A DNA stretch of 53,841 nucleotides, taken from IMG/VR virus record IMGVR_UViG_3300011339_000955, positions 1 to 53,841 of that record. One strand, 5' to 3'. The translations under genes were made by a program, and so were the position numbers. Numbering within the stretch: position 1 is the stretch's first letter; each line of letters opens with the position of its first letter. Shown in pieces: positions 18,008 to 26,495 of the stretch. Below the pieces are notes generated by a model. That model did not search any database and had not been told where the DNA came from. It saw only the letters and a list, made by a program, of their open reading frames with translations. The DNA is from a virus. Lineage: Duplodnaviria; Caudoviricetes.

Positions 18008-18362
18008 GATTAGGTTCGATTGGCAAAAGATTCGCCAAGGAAGCAAAACCAATAGAGACATAATACAAAAAATAGAATATATAACTTGGCCAGATAACTA
18101 TAGAAGAATCAGAGTAGACACACCCGAGCTTTTATGGGGTGACTCATTCATTATTAACCCAGAAAAATTCCTTCTAGAAAATAAAGGTCGAGTACCTGCT
18201 AAATATTTAGTGGAGTATATTTATATAGCAAGTTTACGAAGTCTTGCAGATTACCTAGTATTAGGAACTAAAACGTTAGACAGCAGACTTCTTCTCATAG
18301 ATGTAAGTCATAATAACTTAATTAAAATTGAAAACAACATAGTACTATTAAAGTATGAATAG
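18006..18362 (+). CDS. Conserved T5-like hypothetical protein between D10 and D11
   Basis: Fills the gap between the D10-like and D11-like genes; motifs FDW.KI, SFIINP, EYIYIASLR. Confidence 0.65.
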   Translation: MIRFDWQKIRQGSKTNRDIIQKIEYITWPDNYRRIRVDTPELLWGDSFIINPEKFLLENKGRVPAKYLVEYIYIASLRSLADYLVLGTKTLDSRLLLIDVSHNNLIKIENNIVLLKYE

Positions 18363-18371
18363 GAAAACAAC

Positions 18372-19016
18372 ATGGCACTATCATTTAACAAAGTAAAAGG
18401 TCAAGCTGAGCGCGAGAAAGTCCCCAGCTATAAATTTAGAGAAGGCGAAAATCGGGTTCGTTTGTTTGGCGGCGTATTGGCTCGCTACATTTACTGGATT
18501 CCCGGATCCTCTGGAGAAGGCAATAAATCTCCGGTTGAGTGCCTAGAGTTCAATCGGGAAACCGAGAAGTTTGATAGGGTTGAAAAAGACTGGGTAAAAG
18601 ATTACTACCCTGATCTTAAAGCAGAATGGGCTTACGCAAGTCTCTGCTATGATGTAAAAGATCCCTCTAACATCATGATTTTTAACCACAAGAAAAAGCT
18701 TTTTGCTCAGGTTCAAAGCCTTGTTGAAGATCTAGGAGACCCTACCGACATTGATGACGGCTGGGACCTCTGCTTTGTTAGAAAAAAGACAGGACCCAAA
18801 ACATTCAATGTAGAGTATGTACTAGAGCAACTTAAGTGCAGCAAGTCTAAAGGTTCTATACCTGATGCTATGCAAGCTAAAATTGCTGGGCACCCTAGCA
18901 TTGATGAAGTTCTTCGCAGGTCTACCCCCGAAGACATTAAAAAATACCTTGACAAACTTCGAGCTGGTGACGGCGGGAATGAAGGTATGAATGATGAAAT
19001 TCCTGTAGATTTATAA
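18372..19016 (+). CDS. ssDNA-binding protein (T5 D11-like)
   Basis: AGGA SD; GENRVRL..RYIYW..DLGDPTD..GWD..KTGP..NVEY; acidic C-terminus; syntenic position. Confidence 0.8.
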   Translation: MALSFNKVKGQAEREKVPSYKFREGENRVRLFGGVLARYIYWIPGSSGEGNKSPVECLEFNRETEKFDRVEKDWVKDYYPDLKAEWAYASLCYDVKDPSNIMIFNHKKKLFAQVQSLVEDLGDPTDIDDGWDLCFVRKKTGPKTFNVEYVLEQLKCSKSKGSIPDAMQAKIAGHPSIDEVLRRSTPEDIKKYLDKLRAGDGGNEGMNDEIPVDL

Positions 19017-19020
19017 ATGT

Positions 19021-19048
19021 AAAGGGGTGGGGTAATTCCCACCCCTTT
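19021..19048 (+). terminator. Hairpin/likely terminator after D11
   Basis: aaaggggtgggg-taat-tcccaccccttt; the U-tract is short, so it may be leaky. Confidence 0.7.
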
Positions 19049-19064
19049 CGCAACAAGGGATGCA

Positions 19065-20015
19065 ATGATATTATTTACAGCAGATATACACATTAAAGTA
19101 GGCCAGAAAAACGTGCCTACTGCTTGGGCCTTAAATAGGTATGAGCTTTATACTAAAGAGCTAGAACAGGCTCAAAACAAAGCTACTCTACATATAGTGG
19201 GTGGAGACATATTTGATAAAATGCCTAATCTAGCAGAGCTTTCTGTATATTTTAGTATGGTATCAAAAGCTTCAATAGATACTTTGATTTACCCAGGAAA
19301 CCACGAGTCCACTAAAAAACATGAATCATTTTTTGACTCATTAATAGAAGTTACAGAGTCTTTAAACCCTAAAGTAAAAGTAATAACCAAAACTAGTATA
19401 AATGAGTATGGGCCTTTTAATATCTTGCCCTATGCGGATTTACATAAGAAAGATTCGATAGAGCAATTAGATGAAAACCTTGCAGTGTTTACTCATGTAC
19501 GTGGAGAGATTCCACCCCATGTCAAGCCAGAGGTTGACCTGGCTAGATTTAGTAATTTTCCTATTGTCTATGCTGGTGACTTACATTCTCATAGCAATAG
19601 TCAGTTAAATATTGTGTATCCTGGCTCACCTATGACTACAAGCTTTCATAGAAATAAAGTAGACACAGGGTACTTACTTATAGATGATAAAGATTTAACT
19701 AAGTGGGAATGGTTCAAATTCAACCTACCACAACTAATAAGAAAAAATGTAACTGATCCTAAAGATATGTTACCAACGCTTTTTGACCATACTATATATG
19801 AGCTAGAAGGTGATATGGCTGCTTTAGGTAAGGTTGAAAACACAGAACTACTGGATAAGAAAATAGTTAAAAGAGAGACAGAAGTAACTATTAACTTAAT
19901 AAACAAAACTCTAGACGAGGAACTAAGCCTTTACTTAAAAGATGTACTGGCTTTACCTGAGGACTCTAGAGAGGCTGCCCTAGAGGTATTTAACGCCTAT
20001 CACAATAAAATTTAG
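19065..20015 (+). CDS. SbcD/Mre11-like nuclease (T5 D12-like)
   Basis: Metallophosphoesterase motifs ADIH, GGDIFD, GNHE, GDLH, YPGSP. Confidence 0.92.
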   Translation: MILFTADIHIKVGQKNVPTAWALNRYELYTKELEQAQNKATLHIVGGDIFDKMPNLAELSVYFSMVSKASIDTLIYPGNHESTKKHESFFDSLIEVTESLNPKVKVITKTSINEYGPFNILPYADLHKKDSIEQLDENLAVFTHVRGEIPPHVKPEVDLARFSNFPIVYAGDLHSHSNSQLNIVYPGSPMTTSFHRNKVDTGYLLIDDKDLTKWEWFKFNLPQLIRKNVTDPKDMLPTLFDHTIYELEGDMAALGKVENTELLDKKIVKRETEVTINLINKTLDEELSLYLKDVLALPEDSREAALEVFNAYHNKI

Positions 20016-20023
20016 GGAGTATA

Positions 20024-21844
20024 GTGCTTACAATAGAAAATCTAGCTTGGGGAGGCTGCTTTAGCTATGGCCCAACAAATGAAATATCTTTAAACTCTGC
20101 AAATATAACTCAGCTACTTGGGGAAAACGGAGTAGGAAAATCCTCCATTGCCTTAATAATCCAAGAAGCTTTATTTAATAAAAACTCTAAAGGAGTAAAA
20201 AAGGCAGATATTCCCAACAGAGAAGGGGACGGAAGTTACTGGATAAAGCTAACTTTTACAGACGCCGGCAAGCAGTATCTAGTAGATGTTGTTAGAAAAG
20301 CTACACTAAAAGTAAAACTTATCGAAGATGGGGAAGATATATCTTCCCATACAGCAACAGAGACTTTTAAAACAATCGAAGAAAAACTAGGTATGGACTT
20401 CAAAACGTTTGTGCCCCTAGTATATCAAAGCACCACAGAAGGTTTATTTTTCTTAACAGCTACAGATACAAATAGAAAAAAGTTTTTGATAGATCTTTTT
20501 GCTTTAGATGAGTATGATAAATATCATGCCCTATTTAAAGAGCTGGTCTCAGATACTAGTAAATCTGTAACTAAGGTAGAAGCTCAGGTAGACGCCATAG
20601 CTTCTTGGATAAAGAAAAATGAAAACTTACCGAGCAAAAAAGAACTTAGCTCTGTAACTGCGCCAAAACCTCTTTCTATAGATACCCAAGAACTTACTGA
20701 ACTAAGATTTAAAGCTGCTAATATACGAGAGATTAATAAAAGAATAAACAATAATAATCACTACCAAGAGATGCTTAAAAAAATATCTTTTGTAGAAGAT
20801 TTGTTATCTCAGCCAAAAGTAGATACTTCTTCTATGAGCAAAGAAATTGGTGGTATTTCGGCAGAGATTAAGAGGCTAAAAACTTACATTTCTAAAATGA
20901 AGACTTTATCAGATAAATGCCCAACTTGTGAGCAAGACATTGATAAAGACATACTATTAGACCTAATAAAAACCAGCGAGAAAGAAGTAGAGTCTTTACG
21001 AAATAGAGAGTCAGAGATATCTTTAAAAATCAAAGAGGCTGATGCTCTTAATATTTTAATTGACCAAAATAAGTCTAAGAAACAAGAATGGGAGTCTATA
21101 CTTGTAAAAATAGATTCCAGCTTGCCAAAAAGCACAGAAGACATTGACGCTATTAACAATAGAATAAATGAAATATCTGAACGTGTCAATGAAATTGAAC
21201 TAGAGTACAAAAAACAAGTAAAAAGCTATGAGACAATAATAGCTAGTAATGTAGAAGCCGAAAAGCATAACTCTAGAATAGTGCTACTTCAAGAGCAGCT
21301 AGAAGAGCATCGGGTAGATATGGGTAAAGCTAAGCTTAAGCTAGATGCAGTAGCCAAAGAGTTAACCATCTTAGAAGTACTCAAAAAAGCTTTTTCAACA
21401 AACGGTATTGTTGCTTACAAACTAGAAAACTTAGTAAAAGACTTAGAAGAACAGACTAACGAATATTTAGCTGAATTATCTGATGGAAGATTTACGATTA
21501 ACTTTTCTATATCTTCTGATAAGTTAAATGTTCTTTTAACAGATTCAGGGGCAGATATTGATGTTGCTGCTTTATCTAGTGGTGAGTTAGCTAGGGTAAA
21601 TGTTTCTACCCTTCTTGCTATAAGAAAGCTAATGAACTCTATATCTAAAACACAAGTAAACGTATTGTTTTTAGACGAAATGGTTAACGTTCTTGATGAA
21701 TATGGAAAAGATAAGCTTGTAGAGGTTCTTCTAAAAGAAGAAAAGTTAAATACATTTTTAGTCAGTCATGGCTGGAGCCACCCTTTACTAAGCAAGGTTC
21801 TCGTTCAAAAAACGAACGGGATTTCGAGGTTAATAAATGGTTGA
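20024..21844 (+). CDS. SbcC/Rad50-like ATPase (T5 D13-like)
   Basis: GENGVGKS, coiled coils around a CPTC zinc hook, LSSGE signature, LFLDE. Confidence 0.93.
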   Translation: MLTIENLAWGGCFSYGPTNEISLNSANITQLLGENGVGKSSIALIIQEALFNKNSKGVKKADIPNREGDGSYWIKLTFTDAGKQYLVDVVRKATLKVKLIEDGEDISSHTATETFKTIEEKLGMDFKTFVPLVYQSTTEGLFFLTATDTNRKKFLIDLFALDEYDKYHALFKELVSDTSKSVTKVEAQVDAIASWIKKNENLPSKKELSSVTAPKPLSIDTQELTELRFKAANIREINKRINNNNHYQEMLKKISFVEDLLSQPKVDTSSMSKEIGGISAEIKRLKTYISKMKTLSDKCPTCEQDIDKDILLDLIKTSEKEVESLRNRESEISLKIKEADALNILIDQNKSKKQEWESILVKIDSSLPKSTEDIDAINNRINEISERVNEIELEYKKQVKSYETIIASNVEAEKHNSRIVLLQEQLEEHRVDMGKAKLKLDAVAKELTILEVLKKAFSTNGIVAYKLENLVKDLEEQTNEYLAELSDGRFTINFSISSDKLNVLLTDSGADIDVAALSSGELARVNVSTLLAIRKLMNSISKTQVNVLFLDEMVNVLDEYGKDKLVEVLLKEEKLNTFLVSHGWSHPLLSKVLVQKTNGISRLING

Positions 21845-22271
21845 TACCAGAGCTAAAGGACAGCGGGGAGAGTATGCTGTTAGAGACTTACTAAGAAAGT
21901 ATACGGGGATGCCCTGGGAAAGAACTCCGGCTTCCGGAGCCCTAGAGTACCAAAAAGGCGATCTATATATACCACATGAAAAACCTAAGTTTATTATCGA
22001 GGTAAAAAACTATAAGGATAGTGCTTTAACTGACAAAGTACTTACTAACACCACAAATAACTTAAATCTCTGGTGGACCAAACTACAGCACCAAGCATCT
22101 ATTAATAGTTGTAGACCTATTTTATTTTTTAAATATGATAGAAGTAAGTGGTTTGTATCTATTAATGAAGAGCCAAGAATCATAAAAAACTACTTGCTTT
22201 GGTCTCAAAAGTCATGCTATAGTATGTTAGCTGAGGAGTGGCTAGAGAAGGAATGGGAGCAGTATAAATGA
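21837..22271 (+). CDS. PD-(D/E)XK nuclease / Holliday junction resolvase (T5 D14-like)
   Basis: KGQRGE, SGA..KGD, IEVK. Confidence 0.8.
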   Translation: MVDTRAKGQRGEYAVRDLLRKYTGMPWERTPASGALEYQKGDLYIPHEKPKFIIEVKNYKDSALTDKVLTNTTNNLNLWWTKLQHQASINSCRPILFFKYDRSKWFVSINEEPRIIKNYLLWSQKSCYSMLAEEWLEKEWEQYK

Positions 22272-22516
22272 GCGATAGACTTAAAGGAATATTTAAGTTA
22301 GTTGAAGAGATGGGCGAGCTTCAGCAAGTACTTGGAAAGCTAGCATCATACCCTAATAATCAGCACCCAGAAGACTCAAAGCTAAAAACTGCGTTAAAGG
22401 AAGAGCTTGCTGATGTGTATGCAGCTCTACAGTATTTCGTAGTAAAAAACGGCATAGACCTAGACTATAATAGAGTTGATCAAAAGATAAATAAATTTAG
22501 TAAGTGGGACCTTTAA
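22268..22516 (+). CDS. MazG-like all-alpha NTP pyrophosphohydrolase
   Basis: KLVEEMGELQQ...EELADV (ExxE...ExxD). Confidence 0.8.
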   Translation: MSDRLKGIFKLVEEMGELQQVLGKLASYPNNQHPEDSKLKTALKEELADVYAALQYFVVKNGIDLDYNRVDQKINKFSKWDL

Positions 22517-23361
22517 TGGCTAGTTTCGTAGAAGAACCAAGAGATCCTAAGAACGTACTAGTAGTAGATGCTCTTAACCTAGCGTTTAGGTGGAAGCACG
22601 CTAGCAGTCCTGACCGTATGCCCACTGGCTTTGTAGAGACAGTGCGTAGTCTTGCTAAATCTTATGACTGCGGTAAAATTATCGTAGCTGCTGACGGCTC
22701 TGGTGGGTCTACGTGGCGCAAGCTTAAGCACCCCGGCTACAAGTCCTCGCGCAAGCTTAAGTATCAAAACCAAACTGAGGAAGAGAAGCAGGAAGCCTTT
22801 GAGTTCTTTAACTACTACGAAAAAACACTAGAACAGCTACCCGAAAATATAAGCACTCTTAGGTTTCCAGGAGTAGAAGCAGACGATATCGCTACATTTT
22901 TAGTAGAAAATAAATGTAAGCTAGATATTAATTCGATGTGGCTTATTACATCCGATGCGGACTGGGACCTCCTAATAGAGGAAGATGTCTCTAGGTTTTC
23001 TACCGTTACTCGCAAAGAAGTTACTGTCGATACATGGGAACACCCAGTATCTAGAGAAGACTACATCTGGCTAAAGTGCCTGGTGGGTGATAAGGGCGAC
23101 GATGTTCCAGGCGTAGAGGGTGTTGGCCCTGTAAGGGCAGCTAAGCTAATTGAGCAATATGGTTCTATATTTGATCTAATGGATAACCTACCACTAAAAG
23201 GTACTGCAAAGTATATTACAAATATCAATGCAGCTAAAGATAGTATGATGCTTGCTTACGAGTTGATGGATCTTAGAACCTTTCACGAAGATGCTATTGG
23301 GGAGCAGCTACAACCTCTTAAAGAAAAGCTACGGGAAATATTCCCAAGATACACTGTATAA
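22516..23361 (+). CDS. Flap endonuclease / 5'-3' exonuclease (T5 D15-like)
   Basis: VVDALN, YK..R, GVEADD, SDAD, GDKGDDVPGVEGVG; start taken at the TAATG-coupled ATG 22516 rather than GTG 22504. Confidence 0.93.
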   Translation: MASFVEEPRDPKNVLVVDALNLAFRWKHASSPDRMPTGFVETVRSLAKSYDCGKIIVAADGSGGSTWRKLKHPGYKSSRKLKYQNQTEEEKQEAFEFFNYYEKTLEQLPENISTLRFPGVEADDIATFLVENKCKLDINSMWLITSDADWDLLIEEDVSRFSTVTRKEVTVDTWEHPVSREDYIWLKCLVGDKGDDVPGVEGVGPVRAAKLIEQYGSIFDLMDNLPLKGTAKYITNINAAKDSMMLAYELMDLRTFHEDAIGEQLQPLKEKLREIFPRYTV

Positions 23362-23370
23362 AAGGACAAA

Positions 23371-25164
23371 ATGCTAAAATTAGATTTTACGAAAGATACT
23401 CTCTTTGATGAGTTTAGCTTAAAAACTCTAGAAGATAGATATATGCTGCCCGAAGAAACCTCCCCACAAGAAGCTCTGGCTAGAGCAGCAATGTCTTTTG
23501 CGGATAATGAAGAACACGCCCAAAGACTTTATGAGTATGTTTCTAATCTCTGGTTTATGTTTGCTACCCCTTTGCTTTCAAATGGTGGCTCATCTAGAGG
23601 ACTACCTATCTCTTGCTTCTTGAACTATGTAGATGACAATAGAAAAGGTATAACTGAAACTTTTACGGAAGATGCATTTCTATCTTCTGTGGGTGGAGGA
23701 ATTGGCACATACTGGGGAGAAATACGAACGACAGGAGTGTCCACATCTAGCGGGTCACAAAGTACAGGGCTAATACCTTTTATTAAGGTTACAGACTCAC
23801 TTATGCTTGCGTTCTCGCAAGGTGTAACTAGAAGAGGTTCAAACGCAGCTTACCTCGATATCTCACATCCTGAGATTGAAGAGTTCTTAGATATTCGCAA
23901 GCCTACTGGAGATCAAAACCGTAAGTGCTTAAACTTACACCAAGGTATTGTACTTTCCGATAAGTTTATGCGTATTATTGAAGCAGCTACAATTGCTAAG
24001 GCGGAAGGGAGAGAGTTTGACTCTTCCTGGCAGTTGATTGACCCACATACGAAAAAAGCCGTAAAAAGCGTTGATGCTAGAGAACTGTGGATAAAAATCC
24101 TACAAAATCGGGCAGAAACTGGTGAGCCTTACCTAGTGTGGGGCGATACTATGAACGATGCGCTACCAGACTACCAGAGAAGATTAGGGCTAAAAGTTAG
24201 ACAAAGTAACCTCTGCACAGAGATAACTCTAGCAACTGACTCTAATAGAACTGCTGTTTGTTGCCTATCTTCGGTAAATGCGGAAAAGTTTGACGAGTGG
24301 AAGGATCATCCACAGTTTATTGGCGACTTAATTAGAATGCTAGATAACGTTATTCAGTCCTTTATAGATAATGCTCCAGAGCAGTTGTATAAGGCAATTT
24401 ATAGCGCTAGCAGAGAAAGATCTTTAGGCTTAGGTCTAATGGGGTTCCACTCTTACCTACAAAGTAAAGGCATTCCTTTTGAAACACCAATGGCTAAGGC
24501 TATTAATAACAGGATGTTTAAGCATATAAAAGAAAAAGCTGTACAAGAGACACAGAAGTTAGCCACCGAAAGAGGTCCTTGCCCAGACGCTAAAGGATAT
24601 GAAAATGTCCGAAATGCCCACCTACTGGCAATAGCACCCAATGCTTCTTCTAGTATTATATGTGGTAACACTTCTCCCGGAGTGGAGCCTTATAGAGCTA
24701 ACATCTTCAATCAAAAAACCATGACAGGTACTTATACGCTACGTAATAGATGGCTTGAAAAAGTACTTGAAAAATACGGTAGGAATGATGAAAAGACTTG
24801 GTCATCTATTATGGCTAACAAAGGGTCAGTTCGTCACCTAGAGTTCCTATCTAATTGGGAAAAAGATGTATTTAAAACAGCTGTAGAAATAGATCAGCGT
24901 TGGGTAGTAGAGCTGGCCGCAGATAGGCAGGAGCATATTTGTCAAGCTCAATCTATAAACTTATTCTTCCCAGCAGACGTTACTAAGCAAGAACTACATT
25001 ATATACACTTGCTAGCTTGGAAGAAAGGGCTAAAGTCCCTTTACTACTTAAGATCAGAAGCGTACAAGAGGTCAGATGACCTAAGCACAAATATCGAAAA
25101 GCATACGTTTGACTTTGCAAAACCTGTAGACTCAGAAAATGCATGCTTATCTTGCGAAGGATAA
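23371..25164 (+). CDS. nrdA: Ribonucleotide reductase class Ia alpha subunit, no ATP cone
   Basis: PISCF, SNLCTEI, VCCLSS, IAPNASSS, KSLYY, C-terminal CLSCEG. Confidence 0.95.
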   Translation: MLKLDFTKDTLFDEFSLKTLEDRYMLPEETSPQEALARAAMSFADNEEHAQRLYEYVSNLWFMFATPLLSNGGSSRGLPISCFLNYVDDNRKGITETFTEDAFLSSVGGGIGTYWGEIRTTGVSTSSGSQSTGLIPFIKVTDSLMLAFSQGVTRRGSNAAYLDISHPEIEEFLDIRKPTGDQNRKCLNLHQGIVLSDKFMRIIEAATIAKAEGREFDSSWQLIDPHTKKAVKSVDARELWIKILQNRAETGEPYLVWGDTMNDALPDYQRRLGLKVRQSNLCTEITLATDSNRTAVCCLSSVNAEKFDEWKDHPQFIGDLIRMLDNVIQSFIDNAPEQLYKAIYSASRERSLGLGLMGFHSYLQSKGIPFETPMAKAINNRMFKHIKEKAVQETQKLATERGPCPDAKGYENVRNAHLLAIAPNASSSIICGNTSPGVEPYRANIFNQKTMTGTYTLRNRWLEKVLEKYGRNDEKTWSSIMANKGSVRHLEFLSNWEKDVFKTAVEIDQRWVVELAADRQEHICQAQSINLFFPADVTKQELHYIHLLAWKKGLKSLYYLRSEAYKRSDDLSTNIEKHTFDFAKPVDSENACLSCEG

Positions 25165-25168
25165 ATAA

Positions 25169-26122
25169 ATGTTAACAGAACTTAGAAGCTACTATAAGCC
25201 TTTTAAATACCCTTGGGCCTACGAGTACTTTAAAACTCAAAAAAAGCTAGAATGGCATCCGGAAGAGGTTCCTCTTGCTGATGATATTAAAGACTACAAC
25301 CAAAAGTTGCTGGAACAAGAAAGACGCCTAATTACGCAGATCTTTAGGTTCTTTACTCAAAGTGATGTAAACGTAGCCGGTGGATACTCTCAGTACTACC
25401 TGCCAACATTTAAAAGCCCAGAAGTGCGTATGATGATGGGTGCTTTTGTAAGTATGGAAGCTACTCATATTGACGCATACTCTTTGCTTATTGAAACTCT
25501 AGGGTTATCTGATGAAGAATACAAGATGTTCAATAACTACAAGGCAATGCGGGAAAAGCATGAGTACCTTGAGCAGTTTAATATGGATACTCCAGAAAAC
25601 ATCGCCAAGTCACTTGCAGTTTACTCAGGATTTACAGAGGGTGTGCAGCTATTCTCCTCATTTGCAATCTTGCTTAACTTCCCTAGGCATAACCTTATGA
25701 AGAACATGGGGCAGATCGTATCTTGGAGCGTAAGGGATGAAAATCTGCATGTCGAAGGTATGACCCGCCTATTTAGAACCTACATCGAAGAAAATCCTAG
25801 CCTATGGACAGATGAGCTTAAGTCAGAACTATATGCTATCGCTGAAAAGATGGTTCAACTTGAAGATGCCTTCATCGACACCTGCTTTGAAGGAAACGAA
25901 CTAAGAGGTCTAGCCCCGGAAGAAGTAAAGCAGTATATTAGATTTATTGCTGGTCGTAGGCTTCATCAGCTTGGGTTGAAGAACATCTTTGAAGTAAAAG
26001 AGAACCCGCTGCCTTGGGTAGACGCTATGATTAATGGAGTAGAACATACTAACTTCTTTGAGAATAGACCTACTGAGTACTCAAAAGCAGCCACTATTGG
26101 CAATTGGAAAGATATTCTATAA
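25169..26122 (+). CDS. nrdB: Ribonucleotide reductase class Ia beta subunit
   Basis: FFTQSD, EATHIDAY (radical Tyr), EGVQLF, RDENLH, NFFE. Confidence 0.95.
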   Translation: MLTELRSYYKPFKYPWAYEYFKTQKKLEWHPEEVPLADDIKDYNQKLLEQERRLITQIFRFFTQSDVNVAGGYSQYYLPTFKSPEVRMMMGAFVSMEATHIDAYSLLIETLGLSDEEYKMFNNYKAMREKHEYLEQFNMDTPENIAKSLAVYSGFTEGVQLFSSFAILLNFPRHNLMKNMGQIVSWSVRDENLHVEGMTRLFRTYIEENPSLWTDELKSELYAIAEKMVQLEDAFIDTCFEGNELRGLAPEEVKQYIRFIAGRRLHQLGLKNIFEVKENPLPWVDAMINGVEHTNFFENRPTEYSKAATIGNWKDIL

Positions 26123-26159
26123 AAAATTCCCCGGTAGTGAAAACTACCGGGGTTTTTTA
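26121..26159. terminator. Bidirectional intrinsic terminator at the convergence of the two arms
   Basis: A6-tt-ccccggtagt-GAAA-actaccgggg-T6 between the nrdB stop and the last - strand gene. Confidence 0.92.
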
Positions 26160-26495
26160 TTAGGGTCGTTCTGGTATAGGTGGTATAGGACTACCATCAT
26201 AATTTTCAGTACCTGCAAACAGCATTTCACGGTAAGCACGTATAGCTGCAACATACTCCTCTGGTTCCCGTGCAACACGGGCAGGATTTACATCCACCCA
26301 GTCTGTTGCTTCAAGAAGAGGTTTTCTCCAGATACGAAAATCCTCTACTGTTGGAATAGGATCATTCATACGCGGATCTGGTGTTAATCCATACTCGCGT
26401 TCAATGTCCATTAGGCACCAATCACAGGGTCCACTAGCTCGAAAGCACCACTCATGTTTTAAGCACCCACAAACTGGGTGTGGCATCATATTCAT
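26160..26495 (-). CDS. Tail fibre assembly chaperone-like protein
   Basis: RIWRKPLLEATDW...AYREML motif; follows the fibre gene; Cys/His cluster at the N-terminus. Confidence 0.65.
   Translation of the reverse strand: MNMMPHPVCGCLKHEWCFRASGPCDWCLMDIEREYGLTPDPRMNDPIPTVEDFRIWRKPLLEATDWVDVNPARVAREPEEYVAAIRAYREMLFAGTENYDGSPIPPIPERP

Noticed and set aside
26058-26387. 109-aa + strand ORF
   Set aside because: It runs through the bidirectional terminator and is antisense to a better-supported gene.
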